From NCBI GenBank assembly GCA_049970055.1, contig JBMFNR010000003.1, positions 64,001-128,000 of the forward strand: DNA of 64,000 nucleotides. The letters are read 5' to 3'. This document shows positions 18,653-29,028 of this stretch, one piece after another; the stretch's first letter is position 1, and every line of letters starts with the position of its first letter. Source of the stretch: Fervidobacterium sp. GTDB lineage: Bacteria; Thermotogota; Thermotogae; Thermotogales; Fervidobacteriaceae. Position numbers and translations under genes: made by a program. Below the pieces are notes generated by a model. The model made no database searches. It had not been told where the DNA came from and saw only the letters and a list, made by a program, of their open reading frames with translations.

Positions 18653-19300
18653 ATGAAGATACCAAAGCCAACCGTGAAAAGATTAGGCTTGTACTATCGA
18701 TGCCTTCTTAGGTTTAAAGAGGAAGGAGTAAATTTTGTATCGTCACAAGATATAGCAGAACGACTAAGAATTAAACCGAGCCAGGTTAGGAAAGACTTAT
18801 CGTACTTTGGTGAATTTGGTAAAAGAGGTCTTGGATACAGCGTAAAAAACCTATCAAGTGAAATAGCAGACATAATAGGGATCAACAAAGAATGGAATGT
18901 TGCAATTATTGGTGCTGGTAATCTTGGTACAGCTCTTGCTAATTACCCAGGACTTTCAAAACATAAGTTCAAAGTTGTTGCTATTTTTGATAATGACAGA
19001 GAAAAGGTTGGTAAAAAAATCGCAGGTATCACTGTGTCTCATATGAGCGAACTCAAAAAACTCACAGAAGAGCTGAAGATAGATATTGCGGTAGTTGCCG
19101 TTCCTGAAATTGCTGCTCAAACGGTTGTCCAACAACTCGAACAAGCCGGTATTAAAGGCATAGTTAATTTTTCCCCAGTCAAACTGAGGACAAGATTACC
19201 TGTGGAAGATGTTGATATTACATTGTCTTTTGAAACACTTTCTTACCTTATAATAAACAAAAATATAGAGGAAAGAATAGAAGAAAAAGCTAATGAGTGA
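18653..19300 (+). CDS. rex: Redox-sensing transcriptional repressor Rex
   Basis: KIP..TVKRL..Y, QVRKDLSYFGEFGKRG.GY, Rossmann GAGNLG, NFSP. Confidence 0.96.
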   Translation: MKIPKPTVKRLGLYYRCLLRFKEEGVNFVSSQDIAERLRIKPSQVRKDLSYFGEFGKRGLGYSVKNLSSEIADIIGINKEWNVAIIGAGNLGTALANYPGLSKHKFKVVAIFDNDREKVGKKIAGITVSHMSELKKLTEELKIDIAVVAVPEIAAQTVVQQLEQAGIKGIVNFSPVKLRTRLPVEDVDITLSFETLSYLIINKNIEERIEEKANE

Positions 19301-19305
19301 AAATA

Positions 19306-19339
19306 CAAAAAAGTCCTGACACAATGTCAGGACTTTTTG
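19306..19339. terminator. Bidirectional terminator between rex and nrdJ
   Basis: AAAAAGTCCTGACA-caa-TGTCAGGACTTTTT between convergent genes. Confidence 0.88.
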
Positions 19340-19363
19340 CAAATTTATACTATTAACTAAGAA

Positions 19364-21889
19364 TTAACTGCACTTACTCCAACCGCATTTGCGACAACTT
19401 GTACAACCCTCCTGCTTGATAATGCTGTTCTTTGAAAGACACGATGGGCAGTAGGTGTTGCCGTCCGCATCAATATAATAACCCTCACTCCATTGCAAGC
19501 CATTTGCGGTAACGAATTTCTCTATTTCTTCAGCAGTTTTGACTGTGCCATCTATAACAAATGTATCTATGCTTTCAGACTGTGTTTCTCCCCAAAGCTC
19601 AACGAAATCATCTACAGCACGCTTAATCTCCTGAGCAAGTACTGGTGTGTAGGTACCTTTAACTTTTCTTAACTGTTCTAAGATCTCTTCTGCAGATACT
19701 CCAGCGCGCAAAGCTATAGAACTCAATCTACCTATCGCTTCCGCAAGCTCTGTACCATTTGACAAGAATATCTCTACCGCTTCACCGTTATCGTCAAAGC
19801 TTACAGTGATATAGGTTGTACCACTATCGGCTTTGAATTTTCTCGTTACGCTTCTGAGCGTTTCTTTTCTCGGTTTTGGTCTTAATTTATGTTTTTCATC
19901 AAGCACAAAGAATTGTACTTTTGGTGCGTCTTTCGTTTTTAAGTTCTTCGCAGCTGTTAACACTTGTGTTTGCAATGAGCCATCTCGGTAGATCGTAAGA
20001 CCTCGGATGTTAAGCTTCATTGCTTCCAGATAAATATTCAATACATCTTCTTCGGTTGCAGTATTTGGCATATTGATCGTTTTGGAAATATTGTTGTCAA
20101 CGTACCTTTGAAATGCATCTTGCATCAGTAAGTGATCCATTGGTGAAATGTCCATAGCTGTTACAAATATTTTCTTGATATACTCAGGAACTTCTGGTAT
20201 ATCTTTGAGCGAACCTTTCTCAACAAGTCGGTCCCTGATTTTTTCTATTATGGAAGGGTCTAATTTAGATTCCAGAACTTTGTTGACATAAAATAGAGCT
20301 TCCTTACCACCGTCGTGTTTGTTCATATACCTTACGTACGCAAGCAAGAAGTTTGGTTCAAGGCCACTACTTGTGTCCGCAATATTTGAGATCGAACCTG
20401 TTGGTGCTATAGTTAGCACAGCTACGTTACGTTTACCATTTTTCGACTCTTTAAATACACTCTTAAGTTCTTCATCGTACTTACTCATCCCCATCGCAAA
20501 TGGTGCGAATGCTTCTTCTGTGTAATATCGGCTCTTTTCAAAAAGTGGGAAACTCCCCTTTTCATAAGCAAGTTTGTTGGATTCATCATGCCCATGAAGA
20601 GCCATAAATGCAGTCATATCTGCTGCAAATTGTCTACCTTCTTGACTGTCGTATGGTAAATCCATTAAGTATAACAAATCGGCAAATCCCATTATACCAA
20701 GACCTATTCTTCTACTCTCTTTCACCGCCTTGGTTATCTTATCAAGAGGAAATACGTTAACATCAATGACATTATCCAAAAATCTAATGGCTAATCTTGT
20801 TGCCTGAGCAAACGCAATCCAATCAAATTTATCATCTTTGTAGAACTTAGCAACATCTATAGAGCCAAGGTTACACGCTTCATAAGGTGCAAGACCTATC
20901 TCGCCACATGGATTCGTGCTCTCAATAATCATTTCGGGATACATAGCGTAGTATTTGTTCATCTCACCTAAAAACGCAATTCCTGGATCTCCCGTTTTCC
21001 ATGCGTTCTTAGCCATTTTGTTGATGAGTTCCCTAGCTTTTACTTTTTTAGAACTACTACACTTTGGATGTTTTAACTCTATTTCACCATCCTCCAAGTA
21101 CAATCTTAAGAGCTCTTGCTTTTCCATAGGAATTCCTACAGAGATGTTGAAAAATTTCAAAACTTTTTCTCCATCGTTTCCTTCCTTTGCTGTTATGAAT
21201 TCTTCTATGTCTGGATGGTCTATATTCAATATACCCATCAATGCTCCTCTACGCCTGTAACCTTGTTCGACTACTCCAACTGCGGAGTTAAATACGTGCA
21301 TAAAAGAAACGGGACCACTCGCCTGACCGTGGGTACCAGCCACGAAACTTCCTTTTGGCCTAAGTTTTGAAAAGTTGCTCCCTATCCCGCCACCTGCTTT
21401 TGTAATTAATGCATACTCTTTTACCGCTTCAAAGATGCCATCTATGCTATCTTCAACAGGTACAACAAAACATGCTGAAAGCATGTGTAGATGGTTCCTT
21501 GAGTTGTAAATTTCCCAGTAATCCTCCAAAGTCATATTTTCGATCGGTTTCCATAATAGTTCATGCCTGACACCCATCCCTGCGTTGAAAAGTGTGGGAC
21601 TATTTGGTATGAAAATTCTCGACTTAAGAAAGTTAAAAAATAAATCTTCCCAGTACTTTACTTCATCAAGCTGCTCTGCAGGTGATTTTTCTTTCAAAGA
21701 GGGATTATTTACCAATTCAGCAGTTGCGATAACTCTGGCAACACGACGACATATATCATCCCATTTATTTTCTAAAAAACTCCCGTCAGGTGTTTTTAAA
21801 AAATACCTTTCTGAGAGTATCTTATAAGCGTTCTTTGATGGTTCGACTTCTTTCCAATAGTCGATAAACTTCTTCAATGCTGAATACAT
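19364..21889 (-). CDS. nrdJ: Adenosylcobalamin-dependent (class II) ribonucleotide reductase
   Basis: PNSPTLFNAG, LSACFV, TNPCGE, CNLGS, IAPTGSIS, ISKTIN; C-terminal CPSC...C..CGWSKC. Start set at ATG 21889, downstream of GGAGG. Confidence 0.93.
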   Translation of the reverse strand: MYSALKKFIDYWKEVEPSKNAYKILSERYFLKTPDGSFLENKWDDICRRVARVIATAELVNNPSLKEKSPAEQLDEVKYWEDLFFNFLKSRIFIPNSPTLFNAGMGVRHELLWKPIENMTLEDYWEIYNSRNHLHMLSACFVVPVEDSIDGIFEAVKEYALITKAGGGIGSNFSKLRPKGSFVAGTHGQASGPVSFMHVFNSAVGVVEQGYRRRGALMGILNIDHPDIEEFITAKEGNDGEKVLKFFNISVGIPMEKQELLRLYLEDGEIELKHPKCSSSKKVKARELINKMAKNAWKTGDPGIAFLGEMNKYYAMYPEMIIESTNPCGEIGLAPYEACNLGSIDVAKFYKDDKFDWIAFAQATRLAIRFLDNVIDVNVFPLDKITKAVKESRRIGLGIMGFADLLYLMDLPYDSQEGRQFAADMTAFMALHGHDESNKLAYEKGSFPLFEKSRYYTEEAFAPFAMGMSKYDEELKSVFKESKNGKRNVAVLTIAPTGSISNIADTSSGLEPNFLLAYVRYMNKHDGGKEALFYVNKVLESKLDPSIIEKIRDRLVEKGSLKDIPEVPEYIKKIFVTAMDISPMDHLLMQDAFQRYVDNNISKTINMPNTATEEDVLNIYLEAMKLNIRGLTIYRDGSLQTQVLTAAKNLKTKDAPKVQFFVLDEKHKLRPKPRKETLRSVTRKFKADSGTTYITVSFDDNGEAVEIFLSNGTELAEAIGRLSSIALRAGVSAEEILEQLRKVKGTYTPVLAQEIKRAVDDFVELWGETQSESIDTFVIDGTVKTAEEIEKFVTANGLQWSEGYYIDADGNTYCPSCLSKNSIIKQEGCTSCRKCGWSKCS

Positions 21890-21956
21890 AAAAAAAACCT
21901 CCCTTGTCAGTTTCACAAAATTTCAAAATAAAAGTGTTTCACACTAACCGTGTGAA

Positions 21957-22005
21957 ATTATACCACATATAGTATAAATATTATACATAACACAACAAGT
22001 AGTTT
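21957..22005 (-). promoter_or_regulatory. nrdJ promoter with two candidate NrdR boxes
   Basis: ATACCACATATAGTAT (21960-21975) and ACACAACAAGTAGTTT (21990-22005) resemble acaCwAtATaTwGtgt. The first overlaps a minus-strand TGnTATAAT. Confidence 0.65.
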
Positions 22006-22045
22006 AATGAGATTTAAAAAGAAAAGGGAGGTTATTCGATTATAT

Positions 22046-23290
22046 TTACTTTTCAGAGGTGCTACTTGACGTTTTTGGGTGGTTGACGAATAAAATCAAT
22101 CTATTAATCGAATAGATAAGTAAAATAATTCCTGAAAAAATATACGAGTTTCTAACACCAATCCTATTTCCAAGTAGCCCCAGTAAAAACGTTCCGATTG
22201 GAGAGCCACCTGTGTTGATAAAAGAATACAAAGACATTATCCGTCCTTTCATAGTACTCGGGGACAAAAGCTGCGTTCTGCTGTTCGTAATGTTGAAGAA
22301 AGACGATTGGCAAGCACCAATTATCAGAGCCGCGTATGGTGTAAGCTTTGGATAAAGCGAAGATATTAAAATACTTGACCCGATTAAGCTAAGTAGATAT
22401 TCTTCTTTAAGCCTTATCAACGTTTCAGGGTTAATTGCTCCTACTATATTCGCTCCTATAAATGCGCCAACGCCCATAAAACTCATAATTAGACTGTAAC
22501 CAACAATGTCTGACTTTACTACGCTCTTCACAAAAGCTTGCATAAGCATACCAAAAGGCATTCCAAAAATTGAGTATATACTAAGTCCGAGTAATGTTAC
22601 TGAAAGCGTTTTATCCTTAACAACGTATTTTACACCCTCTAAGAGGTCTTTGAAGAATTTCGAAAATGATGTTTCCACCTGTGGATATGATTTTTCTTCT
22701 GGAATGATTAACAATACAACAAGCAATGGTACAAACGAAATGGCATTTGCTGTAAATCCAACATGTAATCCGTAGTATTTGACGATGAATCCTGCTATAG
22801 TTGGACCTACCATCCTTGCAACGTTGAAAATCATCGAATGGAGTGCAAGTGCATTTGGTAGCAAAGACTTATCGACCATTCCCGCAATAAAAGTATTTCG
22901 TGATGGTAGATAAAAGCCACTCGTAACGCCCATTGCAAAACTAAGCGCAAGTAATGAGTTTGGTGAAAGCGCACCTTTCCAAACAAGATAGGTCATTATG
23001 AATGCATTTATAGAATCGAGAAGCTGTGTGTAAAAGAGGATGCTCTTTGCTCCCAGCCAGTCGATCAAAACACCAGCAATGGGTGAGAAAAAAACCGAGG
23101 GAAAACCTTTCAAAAAAGCTATTAAACCAATAAAACCAGCAGCCTTGTTCTCTGAAAACAAACTAACGGCTACCCACCCTCTCAGAGCGGTATCGATCCA
23201 CGAACCTATTAATGATATACTTTGTGCAATCCAAAAGTTTCTGTAGTTTTTGTTTCTCAAAGCCCTGTAAGGGTTCAAATATTTCGCCAT
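22046..23290 (-). CDS. MFS transporter
   Basis: RNKNYRNFW.AQ.IS..GSW, ARMVGPTIAG, GRIMSLY; about 12 hydrophobic segments. Start uncertain (23290 or 23338). Confidence 0.88.
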   Translation of the reverse strand: MAKYLNPYRALRNKNYRNFWIAQSISLIGSWIDTALRGWVAVSLFSENKAAGFIGLIAFLKGFPSVFFSPIAGVLIDWLGAKSILFYTQLLDSINAFIMTYLVWKGALSPNSLLALSFAMGVTSGFYLPSRNTFIAGMVDKSLLPNALALHSMIFNVARMVGPTIAGFIVKYYGLHVGFTANAISFVPLLVVLLIIPEEKSYPQVETSFSKFFKDLLEGVKYVVKDKTLSVTLLGLSIYSIFGMPFGMLMQAFVKSVVKSDIVGYSLIMSFMGVGAFIGANIVGAINPETLIRLKEEYLLSLIGSSILISSLYPKLTPYAALIIGACQSSFFNITNSRTQLLSPSTMKGRIMSLYSFINTGGSPIGTFLLGLLGNRIGVRNSYIFSGIILLIYSINRLILFVNHPKTSSSTSEK

Positions 23291-23455
23291 ACGAATTAAT
23301 TTTAACATAACGATTTCAATAAGCAAGATAGAAAACACTTGAAATAAGTAGAGAACAGCAATTTCTGAGTTATAATTATCGATATTTTGTGATATTAAAT
23401 AAAAAGTGCATTTTGTAAATGATAATTAATTTGGTTTAATTGTTATGAAAATACC

Positions 23456-23467
23456 GGTAACGTTACC
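23456..23467. promoter_or_regulatory. LacI-family operator of the galactoside operon
   Basis: Perfect palindrome GGTAACGTTACC with central CG, just downstream of a TTGTAA...TGnTTTAAT promoter-like element. Confidence 0.7.
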
Positions 23468-23516
23468 AACACTCGTGAATTAAAAATTGTTAAATTACTA
23501 AAAGGAGGAAGCAAAG

Positions 23517-25343
23517 GTGAAGATATATGGAGCGGATTATTATCCAGAGCATTGGGAAGAAAGTATGTGGAAAGCACATATCGAACTGATGAAGAAATAT
23601 TCGCTAGAATGGGTAAGGATAGGTGAGTTTGCTTGGAGTATTGTGGAACCGAAGGAAGGAGAGTTCGATTTTTCTATCCTTGACAAGGCTATCAATCATT
23701 TGAAGAATAATGGCATAAAGATTATACTTGGCACGCCCACGGCAACACCACCTGCTTGGCTTGTTAAAAAATATCCCGGAATTCTGCCTGTTGATTATTC
23801 AGGAAGTGTCCGAGGGTTTGGAAGTCGGAGGCACTATTCTACAAACTCGAAGATTTATAGAGATTATGCGTTGAGAATTACGGAAGAGTATGCAAAACGA
23901 TATGGGAATGATATCGATGCGTGGCAGGTAGATAATGAGATTGGCTGTCATGGAACAACGTATTCATTTGGCAAAGATGATCTTATTGCTTTTATTGAAT
24001 GGTTGAAGCAGAAATATGAAAGCATCGAAAACTTAAACAAGGCATGGGGAACTGTTTTTTGGAGTCAACGTTACAATGAGTGGGACGAGATTGTTTTTCC
24101 GATTAATACTCCCACGTTTGAGAATCCACATCAAATGCTTGATATTTTTAGATTTATGTCAGATAGTTCCATAGAGTTTATGAAGATGCAGATTGAAATT
24201 TTGAGAAAATTTTCAAACAAGCCTATTACTCACAACTTTATGGTTGATTTTATGGATATCGACTATAAAAAGATGGCAAGGTATTTAGATTTTGTCTCTT
24301 GGGACAATTACATCTCAACAGTAGAGTACGATCCGTTAAGGCAATCGGCCAATCATGTGCTCATGAGATCGCTTAAGAAAAAGCCCTTCTTAGTAATCGA
24401 GCAACAACCAGGCAGGGTAAACTGGCGAGAACTGAATGAGAACTATCCTCCGGAGTATCTTGCTATGTGGACAAAGCAAGGATTTATAAATGGTGCGCTT
24501 GGTGTAATGCCATTTAGATTTGATCAGATAAGATTTGCTGCAGAACAGTACCATGGAGGTCTCCTTGACTACGCTGGAAGACCAACTAAAAGGCTTGAGG
24601 TATACAGTAAAGTAAAACAGGAAACAGAAGGAGTTTTAGAACCAAAAAAGGAAGTAGCTATATATTTTAGTTACGACAATGAATGGATGCACAGAATAAA
24701 CCACGTCAACAGAAAATTCAAATATTGGGATAGTATAGTTGAAATATTTAAAGCAGTTAGAAAATGGGGGTACAACGTTGATTTTGTCTTTGATGATGAT
24801 GATCTAAATGTTTATCACACACTAATTGTTCCTTATGCATTTAGTATTAGTGATGAATTTGTTGAAAATATTAGAATGTTCAATGGTAATGTTTTCACAA
24901 CCTGTATGTCAGGTCTTAAAGATGAGAGAAACTGGATTGTAGAGAGAGCGCCGAGAGGTTTAATTGATGAATTTGGGATTGAGGTAATGGATTTTGGAGC
25001 TATTGGAAAGAAAAAAGCGAATTTATTCAATAAGGAGGTAGAGATCGATTTTTGGCAGGACGATCTTCAAATATACGATGCCCAAGTTCTCGGTGTTTTT
25101 CCAGACGGTAAACCATTGGCTACAAGAAAGGGTAACAGATACTACGTTGCAAGTGTTTTGAATGAAAATGGATGGAAAGAAATTCTTAGTTACGTGCTTG
25201 AGCCAAAGTATATTGGTAAAGATGTGGAGTTTTCAGAGACTTTAGAAGGAGTGTACGTACTAAACCTAAGTAATTTTGAGAATGTTATCCATGTTTTAAA
25301 TAAGAAAATCTCCTTGATGCCTTTTGAAATTAAAAAGTTATAA
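23517..25343 (+). CDS. Beta-galactosidase, GH42
   Basis: YGADYYPEHW, RIGEFAWS, TPTATPPAWL, WQVDNE, FWSQ, EQQPG, EQYHGG. Confidence 0.93.
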   Translation: MKIYGADYYPEHWEESMWKAHIELMKKYSLEWVRIGEFAWSIVEPKEGEFDFSILDKAINHLKNNGIKIILGTPTATPPAWLVKKYPGILPVDYSGSVRGFGSRRHYSTNSKIYRDYALRITEEYAKRYGNDIDAWQVDNEIGCHGTTYSFGKDDLIAFIEWLKQKYESIENLNKAWGTVFWSQRYNEWDEIVFPINTPTFENPHQMLDIFRFMSDSSIEFMKMQIEILRKFSNKPITHNFMVDFMDIDYKKMARYLDFVSWDNYISTVEYDPLRQSANHVLMRSLKKKPFLVIEQQPGRVNWRELNENYPPEYLAMWTKQGFINGALGVMPFRFDQIRFAAEQYHGGLLDYAGRPTKRLEVYSKVKQETEGVLEPKKEVAIYFSYDNEWMHRINHVNRKFKYWDSIVEIFKAVRKWGYNVDFVFDDDDLNVYHTLIVPYAFSISDEFVENIRMFNGNVFTTCMSGLKDERNWIVERAPRGLIDEFGIEVMDFGAIGKKKANLFNKEVEIDFWQDDLQIYDAQVLGVFPDGKPLATRKGNRYYVASVLNENGWKEILSYVLEPKYIGKDVEFSETLEGVYVLNLSNFENVIHVLNKKISLMPFEIKKL

Positions 25344-25360
25344 TAGGTAGGTGATACGCT

Positions 25361-26368
25361 TTGAGAAAGTTTGTTACTATACGTGATATTGCAAAAGCTG
25401 CTGGTGTTTCAATAAATACAGTTTCAAGGGCGCTAAACAATAAGCCCGACATAAATGCAGAGACAAAGAAAAAAGTTATTGAAGTTGCTGAAAAGCTCGG
25501 ATACATAAGAGATGCTACGGCTTTGTCACTTCGATACGGTCTAACAAAAGTTATTGGTGTAATTCTTGAGGATAGCTCTAATCCGTTTTACTCTGAGGTT
25601 TTAAAGGGCATTGAAATAGCAGCAAAAGAAATGGGATTTAACGTTGTTTTCATGAATACAGAGAAGAACTATGAAATGGAAGAAGAAGCTATTAAAACGA
25701 TGTTATCAAGAAGGGTCGATGGCATTATCATTTCTCCAACGCAAGAAAAAAGTGAGGATATAAAGTTTTTAATAGACCGCGATATACCGTTTGTGGTCCT
25801 TGGTGTTCACTTTGATGATCTTGATGTTTCTGAAATATACTCAAATGATGTTGAAGGGGGATATTTAGCAACCAAGCATTTAATTGAAATTGGAAGAAGG
25901 AAGATACTTTTGTTGAATGGTTTTTCATACAAATCCGTTTCAAGGATGAGGTTCGAAGGATATAGGAAAGCTCTTAGTGAATACGGTATCCCTTTTGACA
26001 GAAACCTTGTCTATGAAATCGAGGAAGGGTACGACAGTGCTTATAAAAAGGTAAAAGAAATAATCGATAAAGGTGTTGATTTCGACGGCATTTTCTGTTT
26101 TAACGATGTTTTCGCTATTGGCACAATTGCCGCTTTGAAAGATGCAAATATAAGGGTTCCGGAAGATGTTGCAGTTATTGGTTACGATGATATTTATTTT
26201 TCGCGATTCATATCTCCTCCGCTCTCTACCGTTAGGATAGATAAGATTACGGAAGGTAAGCTCGCTTTTGAAATGCTTTATCAAATACTAAAAAAAAGAT
26301 CCGGTAAAAACATCAAGAAGGTGCTTGATGTTAATCTCGTTGTACGTGCATCAACAAAAAGGTTTTGA
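25361..26368 (+). CDS. LacI-family regulator (GalR-like)
   Basis: TIRDIAKAAGVSINTVSRALN HTH; VPEDVAVIGYDD, PPLSTV. Confidence 0.93.
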   Translation: MRKFVTIRDIAKAAGVSINTVSRALNNKPDINAETKKKVIEVAEKLGYIRDATALSLRYGLTKVIGVILEDSSNPFYSEVLKGIEIAAKEMGFNVVFMNTEKNYEMEEEAIKTMLSRRVDGIIISPTQEKSEDIKFLIDRDIPFVVLGVHFDDLDVSEIYSNDVEGGYLATKHLIEIGRRKILLLNGFSYKSVSRMRFEGYRKALSEYGIPFDRNLVYEIEEGYDSAYKKVKEIIDKGVDFDGIFCFNDVFAIGTIAALKDANIRVPEDVAVIGYDDIYFSRFISPPLSTVRIDKITEGKLAFEMLYQILKKRSGKNIKKVLDVNLVVRASTKRF

Positions 26369-26392
26369 AAATACAATATCATATCATAAGGA

Positions 26393-28054
26393 GTGGTAAG
26401 TGTGTTTATCTCTTCCTTGAAAGAACTTCGAAAAATTAGTGGTTATAGGCAGTATAAAGATTTTGAGATACTTGTTGATGTCGAAAAGTGTCACCTCGGT
26501 TACAAGTTAAACGTTGAATTGATAGGAAAAGTTGATGAAGTTGAATTATTTTCATTTCCAAGACCGGGAAAAATGCTTGTAAACAATTGGCAATCTTGGG
26601 GACCAACAAGGGTTATTGACAAAACTTTTTCGCTGAATTTTCCTAAGGAATTAATTGAGAAGTTCAGGTTTAGTGCATCTATTATGCCTGAAAAGTACTT
26701 TGAGTCGCTTATAAGCGATTATTTTATGGCATCGGATGATTATTTAATTGGTGCTTTGTCTTCGAAAATCGGGCATCCATTTTTTGAAATAACCGGTGAC
26801 AATATATCAGTAAAGCTGAGATACTTCGGCAAGAAATTCACCGATTGGACTAAGGTGGAATCATTCATCGTTTTACTTGAAAACCCAGACGTTGCGTTTC
26901 CATACTATGCTGATTTAATCGCAAAAGAGAATAATGTAACTTTCAACAGAAATAATCCTGTAGGATGGTCAAGTTGGTACCAGTACTTTCTTGATTTTGA
27001 TTTTGAAAAAATGGTTATAAATCTTGAAAAATCTAAAACATTTGGTTACGAAGTTTTCCAAATAGACGATGCTTGGGAGGTAGATATAGGAGATTGGGTA
27101 CCAAATGAAAAGTTTCCATCATTGGAAAAAATAGCAGCGAAAATAAGAGAGTACGGTTATACGCCAGGTATTTGGCTTGCTCCGTTTAGTGTTTCGGAGA
27201 CTTCGTATCTTTTCAAAAGTCATCCAGACTGGGTTGTTAGAGATGAGCATGGTGAACCTGTGGTAGCTTACGAGAATTGGAATAAAAAGATTTATGCTCT
27301 TGACACTACAAACCCGGAAGCGCAAAATTGGCTACGTGAGATATTTACAAATTTGAAGAAAGCAGGGTTTGATTATTTCAAGATAGATTTCTTATTTGCT
27401 GGAGCGATCCAAGGTCAAAGGTTCTTGGAAGTTACCCCCGTTGAAGCGTACAGGATAGGAATGGAAATAATCAGAAAGGTAGCTGATAATTCCTTTGTAC
27501 TTGGGTGCGGTGCTCCATTGCTTCCGAGTGCGGGTTTTGTAGATGGAATGCGAATAAGTGCAGATACCGCCCCCTATTGGGACATTACCGCACCTGATAT
27601 AGGTTATCCAAATGCTTACTATGCATTACGAAACGTTATCACAAGATCATTTATGAACAACGTGTTGTGGTGGAACGATCCAGACTGCCTTATATTAAGA
27701 AAAGAGAAAACGCAACTTTCCGACGTTCACAGAACTTTATACACTTACGTAGCACTTTTTCTCGATAACATGATAGTACAAAGCGATGAATTAGCGTTAG
27801 ATATAGACAAGAAACTTTGGAATGAAGTTTTGAAGTACAAAAGGTATGGTAGAAGAAAGTACAAGGTGGTCGGTTTAATGGAAGGCAAGTATAAAATAGT
27901 AAGCTGCGGTTTAAATGGTTGCGACGAGCTGTTGATTGAGGATCTAAATGAAGCAAAATTTGAAATAAAAATTGATGAACTTAATTTTGAGTTTGTCAAA
28001 ACCATTGAAAAACGACAAGACGGTAGAATTTTTAATTACTACAAAGAATTGTAA
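26393..28054 (+). CDS. Alpha-galactosidase, GH36 (Thermotoga GalA-type)
   Basis: NNWQSW, GWSSWYQYF, QIDDAW, FKIDFL, MRISAD, NDPDC. Confidence 0.9.
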   Translation: MVSVFISSLKELRKISGYRQYKDFEILVDVEKCHLGYKLNVELIGKVDEVELFSFPRPGKMLVNNWQSWGPTRVIDKTFSLNFPKELIEKFRFSASIMPEKYFESLISDYFMASDDYLIGALSSKIGHPFFEITGDNISVKLRYFGKKFTDWTKVESFIVLLENPDVAFPYYADLIAKENNVTFNRNNPVGWSSWYQYFLDFDFEKMVINLEKSKTFGYEVFQIDDAWEVDIGDWVPNEKFPSLEKIAAKIREYGYTPGIWLAPFSVSETSYLFKSHPDWVVRDEHGEPVVAYENWNKKIYALDTTNPEAQNWLREIFTNLKKAGFDYFKIDFLFAGAIQGQRFLEVTPVEAYRIGMEIIRKVADNSFVLGCGAPLLPSAGFVDGMRISADTAPYWDITAPDIGYPNAYYALRNVITRSFMNNVLWWNDPDCLILRKEKTQLSDVHRTLYTYVALFLDNMIVQSDELALDIDKKLWNEVLKYKRYGRRKYKVVGLMEGKYKIVSCGLNGCDELLIEDLNEAKFEIKIDELNFEFVKTIEKRQDGRIFNYYKEL

Positions 28055-28071
28055 AACAGAGGTGAAAGACT

Positions 28072-29028
28072 ATGATGGAAAGACGGTGGAATATACTTAC
28101 AAGTGAGTGGGTTTTGGTCTCCGCGTTTACGCAGTCAAGGCCAACAAACCCTACGAACTTTTGTCCGTTGTGTCCCGGGGGTGACGAGTTCAGTGATTCT
28201 TACGATTTAGTATCTTTTGATAACAAATTTCCTTCTATGAAACTTAATGCTCCGGAAGTAGAATCTTTGAGTGATTTGTTTAAAAAAGATAAATCGAATG
28301 GTAAGTGTGAAGTTGTTGTGTATACGATAGAGCACGAAAGTGCAATGAGCCTTATGCCAGTGCACCAGATCGAAAAACTTATCTATATGTGGGTTGATAG
28401 GTACTTGGATTTATCTCAGCAATCATCTGTGAAGTATATTTACATATTTGAGAATAGGGGTAGAGAAGTAGGTGCTACACTACCACATCCGCACGGTCAG
28501 CTATACGCTTTCCCATTCGTCCCGAAGAGGATAGAAACAAAATTAAACTCTCTACTTAAATATTATGATGAATATGGCCGTTGTGGTATTTGCGATGTTA
28601 TCAATGAAGAGTTAAAATACAAAGAAAGAATAATATACGAAAATGATGCGTTTATCGCACTTGTACCCTTCTATGCAAGGTGGCCTTACGAAGTTCATAT
28701 TTATCCAAAAAGACATGTGAGTACTATTATCGAATTGACAAACATAGAAAGGAACCTCTTGGCAAAATCTCTAAAAGTTGTTACAATGAAATATGATTTA
28801 CTATTCCAACAGGCATTTCCTTACATGATGATGCTTTTTCAATCACCTGTTAACGATATACGGTACGACCATGCATTTCACTTTCATATCGAATTTAACC
28901 CAGTAAAGAGGGATAAGGATAAAATAAAATGGATGGCAAGTGTTGAAACAGGTACATGGACTTTTATAAATCCTAAACTACCAGAAGAAGCGGCAAATGA
29001 ATTAAAACGTGTGGAGGTTGAATTATGA
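28072..29028 (+). CDS. galT: Galactose-1-phosphate uridylyltransferase
   Basis: CPLCPG, FENRG..VGATLPHPHGQ, HFHIEF. Confidence 0.95.
   Translation: MMERRWNILTSEWVLVSAFTQSRPTNPTNFCPLCPGGDEFSDSYDLVSFDNKFPSMKLNAPEVESLSDLFKKDKSNGKCEVVVYTIEHESAMSLMPVHQIEKLIYMWVDRYLDLSQQSSVKYIYIFENRGREVGATLPHPHGQLYAFPFVPKRIETKLNSLLKYYDEYGRCGICDVINEELKYKERIIYENDAFIALVPFYARWPYEVHIYPKRHVSTIIELTNIERNLLAKSLKVVTMKYDLLFQQAFPYMMMLFQSPVNDIRYDHAFHFHIEFNPVKRDKDKIKWMASVETGTWTFINPKLPEEAANELKRVEVEL

Noticed and set aside
19364..21889. Intein or cobalamin riboswitch associated with nrdJ
   Set aside because: The protein length is normal with no intein motifs, and the upstream region is short and AT-rich with no B12-box.
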